Positions 32,655 to 42,029 of a DNA stretch of 64,000 nt are shown in pieces. The translations under genes and the position numbers were made by a program. The notes under the pieces were generated by a model that was given only the letters and a program-made list of their open reading frames with translations, ran no database searches and had not been told where the DNA came from. Origin of the DNA: an uncultured virus (IMG/VR IMGVR_UViG_3300044619_001509) (lineage: Duplodnaviria > Heunggongvirae > Uroviricota > Caudoviricetes); IMG/VR virus record IMGVR_UViG_3300044619_001509. The stretch is one strand, 5' to 3'. Every line of letters begins with the position of its first letter. Position 1 is the first letter of the stretch.

Positions 32655-32920
32655 ATTGATATCGTTGATCTTTGCATACTACCTAGTTACACGGGGGTTC
32701 GATACCCCCCGACTCCATTCAAAACTTTTGGGGTCGAAATGGAGTCGATAATTAGATGTTCGCAATAGGGAGATATCCGAGAGGTCGTTAACAACCCTCG
32801 TTAAATCCCAATGTTGACGCCTATAAATGCCAACACAATGGCAATGGCTGCTTAAAGCAGTGGGGATTGGTCATCCCGCATCTGAATTGACCCAAACCCC
32901 CATTTGGGGGTTTGTTTTTT
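32655..32920 (+). ncRNA. ssrA: Circularly permuted (two-piece) tmRNA, tag (A)ANTMAMAA
   Basis: T-arm and CGACTCC-A 3' end (32693-32717) precede the GGGGTCG 5' end (32730); 7-bp acceptor stem with G3:U70; pseudoknot; ATAAAT-GCC resume motif; tag ORF 32829-32855; terminator 32894-32920. Confidence 0.9.
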
Positions 32921-32952
32921 GATAAATACTTAATGTTTAAAAAGGAGCATTT

Positions 32953-33390
32953 ATGTTTTCTATTGAATTACTAAGCATGTTGGGTGGTGGATTAGTTGGA
33001 TTTTTGTTCCGCTATTTAGCCCAAAGAAGTGCAGATCAGAAAGAGTTATTTACTCGCTTGATCGAATCGAACAAATTAACAACAGAAAATCAAGACAGAG
33101 CTGTACAAAGAGTTCCTATTGACACAGGAAGAACAGTTCGTCAGATTATTGTTCTTACTGTTTTATTTGGTGCATTTGCTGCTCCTTTTATTCTTCCATT
33201 TTTTGGTGTTCCTACCTTCATAGAAGTTGATATCAAAGATCCCGAAGGATTATTTGGTTTGCTTCCCGAAACCACAAAGAAAGCATTCGTCCAATTAAAT
33301 GGATTTTTTTGGGCTTCAGAGAATAGACAAATATTGTTAAGTATTGTTGGATTTTATTTTGGATCAGCAGCGGCAACAAACAAATCATAA
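32953..33390 (+). CDS. Multi-TM late membrane protein (holin-like candidate)
   Basis: GATAAATA promoter; 2-3 TM segments; C-terminal IVGFYFGS as in 3TM holins. Confidence 0.6.
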   Translation: MFSIELLSMLGGGLVGFLFRYLAQRSADQKELFTRLIESNKLTTENQDRAVQRVPIDTGRTVRQIIVLTVLFGAFAAPFILPFFGVPTFIEVDIKDPEGLFGLLPETTKKAFVQLNGFFWASENRQILLSIVGFYFGSAAATNKS

Positions 33391-33398
33391 GGACTCAT

Positions 33399-33731
33399 AT
33401 GAAAAAAATATTACTTTTAGTTGCACTCTTTGGTATTTTTGGTGTATTGGCGTCTTGCAGAACAACTCCGTTTCCTGTTATTATTCCCGATACCACAACC
33501 GATAATGTTGTAATACAGGGATATAAAGATCAAATTGCAGAACCAGGTCCTGCACAACAATCCTACAGTTGGTTGTTTTGGTATGCTCCGATATGCATTA
33601 TATCGATCATGTGGGCATGGAGAGAATTGATTCGTAAACCAGTACCAAAACAATGTATTGATTCGTCGGGACAGATTGTCAAAGAACAAACCGAACCAAT
33701 CAAAAAACAACCAAAAAAGAAAAAGGGATAA
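33399..33731 (+). CDS. Lipoprotein with a second TM segment (u-spanin-like topology)
   Basis: LASC lipobox; WLFWYAPICIISIMWAW TM; basic tail. Confidence 0.6.
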   Translation: MKKILLLVALFGIFGVLASCRTTPFPVIIPDTTTDNVVIQGYKDQIAEPGPAQQSYSWLFWYAPICIISIMWAWRELIRKPVPKQCIDSSGQIVKEQTEPIKKQPKKKKG

Positions 33732-33734
33732 GTA

Positions 33735-33974
33735 ATGGCAAAGTACAAAGCTTTTTATAGTCTCCTTATAAAAAGTCCAAAGTACGCTATTTACTGTTGT
33801 CATTTCGATAATTTACCATTCGCTGTCGATATCACAAAAGAAAAAGAGTCCGATGATGTTATGTTATTTCATATGAGTTCGAACGATATAGACTCAATCA
33901 ACGAAGCTATGGTGTGGTTGGAAGAAAATGTTGGATTGGAAACATATAAGGTTGAATGGATAGAAGATAAATAA
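33735..33974 (+). CDS. Hypothetical protein
   Basis: ORF in operon. Confidence 0.65.
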   Translation: MAKYKAFYSLLIKSPKYAIYCCHFDNLPFAVDITKEKESDDVMLFHMSSNDIDSINEAMVWLEENVGLETYKVEWIEDK

Positions 33975-33981
33975 GGTTAGC

Positions 33982-34398
33982 ATGAAAAAAGATTACAGAC
34001 TCATCAAAGAACAAACAGAACAGGATTATGTAAAGAATTTTGAAGATCCTGATGCTTCTCGTCAAGAAAAGATTATTCGACACTCTTTACGCAAAAAGAG
34101 AGCAGATATTCGTCGTGCAATTGAATATCCAAGACCAGAGTTTATTCGCCATGTATTGGTTCGAATGGATACTTTGGCCCCAATGATTAACAAAAAATTA
34201 TATGAAGTTACGGTAGGGGATTTGACTGCTTTATTTGATCGCGGAATTGATTATATTCGTCAACACACTGGCGATGACGACTTTTTGAGAGAATACAATC
34301 ATTATGGACACAAGTTCATTTCTTACTTTTATGCAATTAAAAGAGGAAAAGTCATTCCCGATTCGGAAAACCCCTTTATACCAAAGACTCAAAAATAA
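33982..34398 (+). CDS. Late hypothetical protein
   Basis: ATAAATA upstream; LIKE motif. Confidence 0.7.
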   Translation: MKKDYRLIKEQTEQDYVKNFEDPDASRQEKIIRHSLRKKRADIRRAIEYPRPEFIRHVLVRMDTLAPMINKKLYEVTVGDLTALFDRGIDYIRQHTGDDDFLREYNHYGHKFISYFYAIKRGKVIPDSENPFIPKTQK

Positions 34399-34419
34399 TA
34401 AATATTAAAAAGGATTAAA

Positions 34420-35523
34420 ATGGAAAATAACAATAAAGTACAAGAATTCGTAGATGTCTTGGTTGAAGCCCTTGATGAGAAATTTGATTTTACATCACCA
34501 GAAGACAAACAATTTTTCTATGAAAATATAGTCGAAATTATTCTTTCTAGTGAAGAAGTTAATGTGGAAGATAATATTAACGCATTTTTAAATGAAAATT
34601 ATGATAATCCAGAAGAAATGCAAACTCTTCTATCTGAAGGTATTGGATCTGCGATTGGTGGAATCTTTAAAGGTATAGGTAAGGGAATTGGTGGAGTTCT
34701 GAGTGGACTTGGTTCTGGTGTTGGTGCGATTCTTCACGGTCCTGCACCAGTTCGTTATTATGACGGTTATGATAAAAATAAAAAGAAAAAACCAAAGGAC
34801 GAAAAAACCACAACTACTCCTCCCACTACTCCTCCTACAGCACCAAAGCCTCCAAAACCAAGTAATATGAAATCTGGTGAATTTTCTGGATATACTCCAA
34901 AACCAGAAGATTATGAAGGTGATGCTTCGCCTAAAAAGGATGAATTTAAATCTGATGCTGTTCCTTATGGTAAGGACGGCAAACCCGACTTGGCAAAAAC
35001 AGGATACACAAGAACTCCAGAAGCAAAGGGTGGTTCATTGAGTCCTTCACAAGCGGAAAGATTCCGTCAAGAAAGACAAAGAAGAAAAGAAACACGCAAC
35101 GCAGACGAATCTATGCCAAGTGGAACAGGACAATCTGATTTGCCTGCAATTCCAGATAGAGAAAAACCACAAACAACATTTGGTAGACCTATTGGTCAAT
35201 TGGGAAGAGGAAAAGTAGCACCACAACAATCAAGTGATGTAACTTCTTCAAGAGGTCAACAACCAGGTCGTCGTACCGCAAAGACAGGCGCACAAACATA
35301 TACTGGTCCAAAGAATCCTGACTTAAGTTTTTCTGTTGCAAAAACAAGAACTGCAAATGCAATTCGTCGTCGCGCCGATGCAGCAAACCCACAAGCAGTT
35401 TATAGTGGACTTCAAGTTGGTTCAAAACTTCGCAGAGAATCGGTAGAAGATTTGAATCCAAATTCGATGATTACAGAATCTTTGAAGTTTATCTCTAAGA
35501 AAGCACCATACGAAAAGCAATGA
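34420..35523 (+). CDS. Late low-complexity protein, candidate internal/ejection protein
   Basis: Acidic N-terminus with LxE sites, then a Gly-rich amphipathic segment (LSE-GIGSAIGG) and a disordered tail. Confidence 0.75.
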   Translation: MENNNKVQEFVDVLVEALDEKFDFTSPEDKQFFYENIVEIILSSEEVNVEDNINAFLNENYDNPEEMQTLLSEGIGSAIGGIFKGIGKGIGGVLSGLGSGVGAILHGPAPVRYYDGYDKNKKKKPKDEKTTTTPPTTPPTAPKPPKPSNMKSGEFSGYTPKPEDYEGDASPKKDEFKSDAVPYGKDGKPDLAKTGYTRTPEAKGGSLSPSQAERFRQERQRRKETRNADESMPSGTGQSDLPAIPDREKPQTTFGRPIGQLGRGKVAPQQSSDVTSSRGQQPGRRTAKTGAQTYTGPKNPDLSFSVAKTRTANAIRRRADAANPQAVYSGLQVGSKLRRESVEDLNPNSMITESLKFISKKAPYEKQ

Positions 35524-35828
35524 GATATCGTGATTTAATACAAATTCTTGAAGCAAAAATGGAAAAAGACGATCCTTCGAAAAAAAAGGAACCCCGTCGA
35601 AAAATTATTGTAATAGATCGTGATCGTAAAAAACCAGATTATATCGAACACCGTCCTGTTGGTGGTTTTATAACAGGATTTGCTGCTTCTGCTGCCAGAG
35701 ATTTTGGTCAAACAATGGCAAAACATGGTTTCCAACCAATTGTGCCTGTACTAAAACAAGCAGCAGATGCGAAGAAAAAAGCAGATCGCGAGGACGAGAG
35801 ACGACAAGAATTTAGAAGATTCCGATAA
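35520..35828 (+). CDS. Late protein MRYRDLIQILEA, candidate internal head protein
   Basis: CTS-like N-terminus. Confidence 0.7.
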   Translation: MRYRDLIQILEAKMEKDDPSKKKEPRRKIIVIDRDRKKPDYIEHRPVGGFITGFAASAARDFGQTMAKHGFQPIVPVLKQAADAKKKADREDERRQEFRRFR

Positions 35829-35829
35829 A

Positions 35830-35861
35830 AAGAACACCCGAGAAATCGGGTGTTTTTCTTT
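35830..35861 (+). terminator. Intrinsic terminator
   Basis: AACACCCGA/TCGGGTGTT stem followed by a T-run. Confidence 0.8.
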
Positions 35862-35886
35862 CATAAATAGTTGAAAAGGATATTAC

Positions 35887-36111
35887 ATGTTCAACTATAG
35901 CGATCCCATTATCAAATCAATTGCCGAAAGATATCATCGTATTCTTCAAGAAAGTCACCCAAGAGAACGACTTGTGAAGTTATCCAAAGAAGAATTGGAA
36001 AAACTAAAAGCAGAATATAAACAAAAAGTAGAGCAAACTGATGATAAAGATAAAGCAGCAGAGCATAAAAAAGAATATGACATGATAATTGACATATTGA
36101 AGACAAAGTGA
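35887..36111 (+). CDS. Late charged protein
   Basis: CATAAATA promoter; RBS; ILQE motif. Confidence 0.7.
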   Translation: MFNYSDPIIKSIAERYHRILQESHPRERLVKLSKEELEKLKAEYKQKVEQTDDKDKAAEHKKEYDMIIDILKTK

Positions 36112-36129
36112 TATAATACGGATTAAATT

Positions 36130-36777
36130 ATGAAGTTATTTGAAAAAAACAATTTAAAAATTGATCTACCAGAACTTTCTGTAATAGAAGGTAACGGTAA
36201 AAGAATGTATGTCACTCCAGATGGTAAACACTATCCTTCTGTAACCACGGTAACGGGTTGGGCAAAAAAAGAATTTTTTGCGGAATGGCGAAAGAAAAAT
36301 CCAGAACAATCTGCATATGCCTTGAGTCGAGGAAATAATTTTCACAAGATGATTGAAGATTATTTGAATAATAAAGATGTAGAAAAAAGTTTGGACAATA
36401 AAACACAAAATCTATTTGAACAATTAAAGCCAGAATTGGGTAGAATAGATAATATACTTGCTCAAGAAATTCCATTATGGTCTGATAATCTTAAACTCGC
36501 AGGACGAGTTGACTGTATTGCAGAATTTGATGGCAAATTATCAATTATTGACTTCAAAACATCGAAAAAAACAAAAGATGAGTTTGAAATTGAAGAATAT
36601 TTTCTTCAAGCAACCTGTTATGCAATTATGTTGGAAGAACGAACGGGTATTGCCATATCAAATATTGTCATAATGATGTCTTGTGATGATGGAAACACGG
36701 TCATCTTTCAAGAAAGACCAAAAAAATACATTAAAAAGTTGATGGGTGTCATCGACAACTACTATAAACAACAATGA
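36130..36777 (+). CDS. PD-(D/E)XK (Cas4/MGME1-like) exonuclease conserved in T4-like phages
   Basis: YPSVTT, RG..FH, AGRVDCIAE, IIDFKTS, YFLQ..CY. Confidence 0.92.
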   Translation: MKLFEKNNLKIDLPELSVIEGNGKRMYVTPDGKHYPSVTTVTGWAKKEFFAEWRKKNPEQSAYALSRGNNFHKMIEDYLNNKDVEKSLDNKTQNLFEQLKPELGRIDNILAQEIPLWSDNLKLAGRVDCIAEFDGKLSIIDFKTSKKTKDEFEIEEYFLQATCYAIMLEERTGIAISNIVIMMSCDDGNTVIFQERPKKYIKKLMGVIDNYYKQQ

Positions 36778-37745
36778 GCGAATCAAAATCTTTTCCTAGT
36801 GATACTTGTGTTCTTGCTTGTTCGGGGCCTTCTCTGAATTTGGTTGATGTTTTTTCTTTAGGGCTTCCTGTTGTTGCAGTAAGTACAGCAATTCGTGTTC
36901 TTAAAAATCCACATTACTGGATTTTAGCAGATAATTTGAACGAGATGCACGGCGATGAAGGAAATATTGCGTATCAAAATGAAAATATTGTAAAAATTCT
37001 ACCAAAAGGTAAAATTATTGGTAGTAATGGTGATTTTATTCGAAATTATCAAGAATTTGATTATGTGGAAGCAGATCGTTACATTCCTGATCTCAATTCT
37101 CATGTATTTTCTGGCAAATTACCATTCGTAAAGGGGCCACATAAGAGCGTTACTTTTGCAATTCAATATTTACACCATGTTGGTGTTAAAAATGTTATAT
37201 GGGTTGGTAATAATTTACAAGCTAACTCTGCCACAGAAAAATATGCTTATGAATCTAACTCTATTGATCTAAGAAAAGCATACAATTACAATGTTACCTT
37301 GGATCAAGTTCATAAACAACTCAGAGAATGGTATCCTTTAATCAAAGCAAAAGGATTTGAGTGGTATTCTTGGAAGTGTGGAGATGTTTTTGAGCAATTT
37401 GTTCCAAAGTTTGATGAATCTACTTATATCAAACCAACGGATTCCCCTTTTTTTCTAGGAACTGATGCTTCTGAGCATCAACTCAATCGGATTCCAACAA
37501 AGAGAGCAATTCCTTATAAGGTTTCGAAGGAAGAGCGACATAAACTTAATGAATTCCGAAAAGAAAATGTTACAAAACGAAAAAAAGTTGAAGTTATACA
37601 AGTAGAGGAAAAACAAGAAATTATAAAACCTCCCGCTCAGCTTTTGATACCCAAAATTAATAAACCACCAGAACCTAGATACTCAAAGATTAAGTCTGGT
37701 GATGTTGGAACTCTAAACCAAAGAATAAGAGATTCATTGAGATGA
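36774..37745 (+). CDS. MptE/Maf-like domain protein (putative glycan-related enzyme)
   Basis: VLACSGPSL, VVAVS, SVTFAIQYL..G...V..VG pattern. Confidence 0.55.
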   Translation: MSESKSFPSDTCVLACSGPSLNLVDVFSLGLPVVAVSTAIRVLKNPHYWILADNLNEMHGDEGNIAYQNENIVKILPKGKIIGSNGDFIRNYQEFDYVEADRYIPDLNSHVFSGKLPFVKGPHKSVTFAIQYLHHVGVKNVIWVGNNLQANSATEKYAYESNSIDLRKAYNYNVTLDQVHKQLREWYPLIKAKGFEWYSWKCGDVFEQFVPKFDESTYIKPTDSPFFLGTDASEHQLNRIPTKRAIPYKVSKEERHKLNEFRKENVTKRKKVEVIQVEEKQEIIKPPAQLLIPKINKPPEPRYSKIKSGDVGTLNQRIRDSLR

Positions 37746-38356
37746 TTTTTACAGCAGTGACATTCTATACAAACGATTACTACAGAGAACAAATTAAAAT
37801 TTTAAGTAATTCTTGTAAAAAATTTGAAATACCTTTAATTATTACAGAAGTAGAAGATAAGGGTTCTTGGGTGAAGAATTGTGCATTTAAAGCATACTAC
37901 TTGTATGAAATGCTACACACAACAAACACAAATATTGTGTGGTTGGATGCGGATTCTTGCATAATGAAGTATCCAGAATTATTTGGTAGCATTAAAGAAG
38001 ATTTTGCTATTCGTGCTGAGCCTGGTCTTCGAACAAAGAAACCTGTAGGAAGAGAAATTATTTCTTTACCAGAAAATTGGCCAAAGGATATTGATCCTTG
38101 TTGGTTTAACTCTGGTACAATCTTTTTAAAGAACAACGACAAAACAAAAGAATTGTGTAGAAGATGGTTACAATTGTCTACGACAAATACAACTGATTGG
38201 GATCAATGGACTTTACAGCAAGCATGGTGTGATGTTCAACCTTCTACTTATTGGTTGCCCAAAGAATATTGTCAAATTAAGAAACTACACGGAGAGCAGG
38301 GTTCTGTAATTCTGCACGAATTAGCATCTGTTTCTCAGAAAGTGGATAGATCGTGA
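37742..38356 (+). CDS. Nucleotide-diphospho-sugar transferase (GT-A)
   Basis: SW..NC..K, VWLDAD, NSGTIF, DQ..LQ. Confidence 0.8.
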   Translation: MIFTAVTFYTNDYYREQIKILSNSCKKFEIPLIITEVEDKGSWVKNCAFKAYYLYEMLHTTNTNIVWLDADSCIMKYPELFGSIKEDFAIRAEPGLRTKKPVGREIISLPENWPKDIDPCWFNSGTIFLKNNDKTKELCRRWLQLSTTNTTDWDQWTLQQAWCDVQPSTYWLPKEYCQIKKLHGEQGSVILHELASVSQKVDRS

Positions 38357-38961
38357 TAACTGTTGTTACTTTCTACACACCAGAATACGAAGAAGAAGCA
38401 AGACAGTTAGTAGAAACTTGCAATAATTTTAATGTTTTATGTAAAGCATATCCTAAACCAAGTAAAGGTTCTTGGGTTCATAATTGTACAATGAAAGCAG
38501 AAGTAATAGAACAAGCACTATCAGAATTTAATCATGGTGTTGTATGGATAGATGCGGATGGAAGAATAAAAAATTTACCATCTATTTTTGATCAATTAAA
38601 TAATTATGATTTTGGTTGTTATTGGATTCCCAATGTTTGGAATCAACCAAGAAATCAACATTTAAAACCTTGGGGTCTTGGAAATGAAGCATTAGCTGGT
38701 GGTACTTTATACTTTAATAATACACCAATTACCTTAGAACTTTTAAAAGCATGGAAGAAAGAAAGTTTAGAAAATCCAAATAGATGGGAACAACAAAGTT
38801 TACAAAAAGTCTGGGAACAATTTAATACAAAAGGATTAAAAACATTCAATTTTACTCAAGGTTATTGTAAAGTATTTGATTGTAATTGGTTTGAAAAAGA
38901 AGAAACTGTGATAATTGAACACACACAAGCAAGTAGAAGATTAAAAGGAAAAATACGATGA
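38353..38961 (+). CDS. Nucleotide-diphospho-sugar transferase (GT-A)
   Basis: VWIDAD, GGTLYF, EHTQASRR; paralog of the previous gene. Confidence 0.8.
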   Translation: MITVVTFYTPEYEEEARQLVETCNNFNVLCKAYPKPSKGSWVHNCTMKAEVIEQALSEFNHGVVWIDADGRIKNLPSIFDQLNNYDFGCYWIPNVWNQPRNQHLKPWGLGNEALAGGTLYFNNTPITLELLKAWKKESLENPNRWEQQSLQKVWEQFNTKGLKTFNFTQGYCKVFDCNWFEKEETVIIEHTQASRRLKGKIR

Positions 38962-39956
38962 AGAAAATATTAGTTTTGGGTGGTGGTGGGTTTATTGGTT
39001 CTCATCTTGTTAAAAAATTAAAACAAGAAGGTAATTATGTTAGAGTTGTCGATTTAAAATATCCAGAATTTTCAAAATCTTCAGCAGATGATTTTATTAT
39101 TGGTGATTTAAGACTACAAACCGTCTGCGATAAAGCATTTGATATTCAATTTGATGAAGTTTATCAATTAGCCGCAGATATGGGTGGTGCTGGATATATT
39201 TTTACAGGAGAGCATGATGCGGATATCATGCATAATTCTGCATTGATCAATTTAAATGTAGTAGAAAGATGTCAAAAAACAAAAGTTGGTAGAGTGTTTT
39301 ATTCGTCTTCGGCATGTATGTATCCAGCATATAACCAAGAAGATCCCGATGATCCTAAGTGTTCAGAAAATAGTGCCTATCCCGCCGCACCAGATAGCGA
39401 ATATGGATGGGAAAAATTGTTCAGTGAAAGACTATATCTTTCATATGGACGAAATTACGGGATGAATATTCGCATAGCCCGTTATCATAATATATTTGGA
39501 CCAGAAGGAACTTGGAGAGGGGGTAAAGAGAAAGCCCCTGCCGCTATGTGCAGAAAGGTTGCCGAAACAAAAGACAATTCTAGCATAGAAGTATGGGGTG
39601 ATGGTCAGCAGACTAGATCATTTTTGTACATAGATGAGTGTGTTGAAGCAACTATAAGACTTATGCGTTCAGATTTTACTGGTCCTGTAAATATCGGATC
39701 AGAAGAAATGATTAAAATAAATGATCTTGCGTACATGGTTATAGATATTTCTGGTAAGAATTTAAAAATAAATAATATATCAGGCCCTGTTGGGGTCAGA
39801 GGAAGAAATTCTGATAATAAGTTACTTAGAGAAAAATTAGGCTGGGAACCATCTCAACCATTGAAAACTGGAATTGAAATTACATATAATTGGATACAAA
39901 ATCAATTAAAATCGTCTTCTGCGGATTTAGACATGAGAGATAGATTTCTATCATAA
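38958..39956 (+). CDS. NAD-dependent epimerase, GDP-mannose 3,5-epimerase-like
   Basis: GGGGFIG, LAADMGGAGYI, YSSSACMYP, YGWEKL, GGKEKAPAA, GVRGRNSDN. Confidence 0.9.
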   Translation: MKKILVLGGGGFIGSHLVKKLKQEGNYVRVVDLKYPEFSKSSADDFIIGDLRLQTVCDKAFDIQFDEVYQLAADMGGAGYIFTGEHDADIMHNSALINLNVVERCQKTKVGRVFYSSSACMYPAYNQEDPDDPKCSENSAYPAAPDSEYGWEKLFSERLYLSYGRNYGMNIRIARYHNIFGPEGTWRGGKEKAPAAMCRKVAETKDNSSIEVWGDGQQTRSFLYIDECVEATIRLMRSDFTGPVNIGSEEMIKINDLAYMVIDISGKNLKINNISGPVGVRGRNSDNKLLREKLGWEPSQPLKTGIEITYNWIQNQLKSSSADLDMRDRFLS

Positions 39957-39959
39957 TTT

Positions 39960-40547
39960 ATGAAAACTTTATTTATAACCTATCATAGTGATATTCCCCC
40001 GAGTGACTTTTATAAAAATTGTGCAAAGCAATTAGAATTAAAAATAAAAGAATTAGGGGGGAATTTGCATGTAGAAGAATTACCAAACCTTGGTTCCTAT
40101 GCATCAAATTGTCTCCGAAAACCAAAATTTATATTAGAATGCTTGGAAAAATTTAATCAGCCAATAATATGGATTGATGTGGATTCAAAAGTAAATGAAT
40201 TGCCAATAGAATTTGATACGGTTTCGGAGGATATTGCTTGTGTAGAGAAAGCAAATGGTTGTCCCGAAAGTGCATTAATTTATTTTGCAAATACAGATAA
40301 AGCAAAAAATTTTATTAAAACATGGATTGAACTTTGCAATACCGAAGAACCCGAATTAGATCATCCTGTTTTAAAAGAATTGTGGTATGGAAAATCTTTA
40401 GGAGAAACCAGAAAATCTTTCAATGATCATATATGTTCGGTCAGAGAAGATTCAAAGGTTACTATTATTTTATCTAAAACTATTGGTAAATCTGAACATA
40501 CGAGAAATGTTATGAATAGACGAGAAAAACAAGGAAAAATATTATGA
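39960..40547 (+). CDS. Nucleotide-diphospho-sugar transferase (GT-A)
   Basis: NCLRKP.FI, IWIDVD. Confidence 0.75.
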   Translation: MKTLFITYHSDIPPSDFYKNCAKQLELKIKELGGNLHVEELPNLGSYASNCLRKPKFILECLEKFNQPIIWIDVDSKVNELPIEFDTVSEDIACVEKANGCPESALIYFANTDKAKNFIKTWIELCNTEEPELDHPVLKELWYGKSLGETRKSFNDHICSVREDSKVTIILSKTIGKSEHTRNVMNRREKQGKIL

Positions 40548-41182
40548 ATCTTTATGTTGAATATTTTTATTTTAAAGAAGATATAAGAAATCAAGAAGTA
40601 TTTCAATCATTTGATGCAAACAATAAATTAAATTGTATTGATACAATTTTTGCGGTTGGAGATGAAAAAAATATAATATATTTAAAAAATTTCCTAGAAG
40701 TAAAACAACATAAAGTAAAATTTATAATTCATCCAGAAAGATGTACATTTCAGTACATGTTTGATTTATCCCAAAATCATGAATCGGTAGATGGTATATC
40801 TTGTGTTTCAAATAATGATATAATTTTTACTGAAGATTTTGGTCAAATGTATAATAAAATAGCAGATAATGATTTTTATTGTATATCAAGACATGAAAAA
40901 AATAGAGGGTTTTCTCATGGGACGGCAAAATGGTCGCAGGATGCTTGGTGTTGGAAAAACAAGTGCAAGATAAAAAATTGTAATTTTTTCTTTGGTGTGC
41001 CTGGAAACGATAATACAATACCATACCATGCGGAAGCAGCGGGTTATACTGTTAAAAATCCCTGTTTAACATTTACTCTTTATCATAATCATGCATCAAA
41101 TATTCGTCCTACACAAGAATTTTTAGAATCAATTAGACTTGATAGATCATTTTACAAAGAAGTATTACCCTGTAGAGTATAA
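40544..41182 (+). CDS. Putative glycosyltransferase
   Basis: SNNDIIF, SQDAW, G.PG.DN, H.H.S motifs. Confidence 0.65.
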   Translation: MNLYVEYFYFKEDIRNQEVFQSFDANNKLNCIDTIFAVGDEKNIIYLKNFLEVKQHKVKFIIHPERCTFQYMFDLSQNHESVDGISCVSNNDIIFTEDFGQMYNKIADNDFYCISRHEKNRGFSHGTAKWSQDAWCWKNKCKIKNCNFFFGVPGNDNTIPYHAEAAGYTVKNPCLTFTLYHNHASNIRPTQEFLESIRLDRSFYKEVLPCRV

Positions 41183-41183
41183 T

Positions 41184-42029
41184 ATGAAAATACAAGCAAT
41201 AAATGCGCCATTTAGAATAGAATGGTCTTCAAACAGTTATAGATTACCTGAAACCTTTTATTGGTCGAACCAAGAAGAAGAAATAAAAGTTTTTATTGAT
41301 ATGGGTTTGATGCGTGGTGCCAATTGTGTAAAAAATAATAAAAAATTTGGATGGTTTTGTGAATCAAGAATAGTACGAGAAAATGTATATCTTGATATTA
41401 AAAACAATCTGCATAAATATAAAAATTCATACAATAAAATATTTACATGCGATCAGGATTTACTTAATATAGATTCTGATTTATTTGTTTTTGCTTTTGC
41501 TGGTAGTAATTTACCTTGGACTCCACTAGAAGAATATGGTGTACATTCCAAAACAAAACTGGTTTCGCTTCTTGCTTCTCCAAATACAAGCACAGAGGGA
41601 CATAAAAATAGAATAAGAATGGCCGAAAAATTTAAAAATTCTGTTGATCTATACGGCGGAATATTTAACAGTCAAAAAATTGGCGTATTGGGACAAGAAC
41701 ATTATCATCATAAAAAGAAAACAGAAGCACTGAAGGATTATATGTTCAGTATAACAATAGAAAATTGTAAATATGACACATATTTTACAGAAAAAATAAC
41801 AGATTGTTTTGCAAATGGTGTTGTTCCAATTTATTATGGAACGGACAAAATATTTGATTATTTTGATAAAGATGGTATAATAATTCTTGATGATAAATTT
41901 AATATAAAAGATTTAACTCAAGAGTTGTATGAATCCAAGAAACAAGCAATTTATAATAATTATTTAAAAATTAAATCTTTGGTAGGATCGGATGATTATC
42001 TTGTTCAAAAAATTAAGGAATTTGTATGA
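41184..42029 (+). CDS. GT10-like (fucosyltransferase-type) glycosyltransferase
   Basis: YMFSITIEN..YFTEKITDCF..G.VPIYYG. Confidence 0.8.
   Translation: MKIQAINAPFRIEWSSNSYRLPETFYWSNQEEEIKVFIDMGLMRGANCVKNNKKFGWFCESRIVRENVYLDIKNNLHKYKNSYNKIFTCDQDLLNIDSDLFVFAFAGSNLPWTPLEEYGVHSKTKLVSLLASPNTSTEGHKNRIRMAEKFKNSVDLYGGIFNSQKIGVLGQEHYHHKKKTEALKDYMFSITIENCKYDTYFTEKITDCFANGVVPIYYGTDKIFDYFDKDGIIILDDKFNIKDLTQELYESKKQAIYNNYLKIKSLVGSDDYLVQKIKEFV

Noticed and set aside
36130..36777. Cas4 as evidence of a CRISPR system
   Set aside because: A stand-alone PD-(D/E)XK exonuclease that is routine in T4-like phages; no array nearby.
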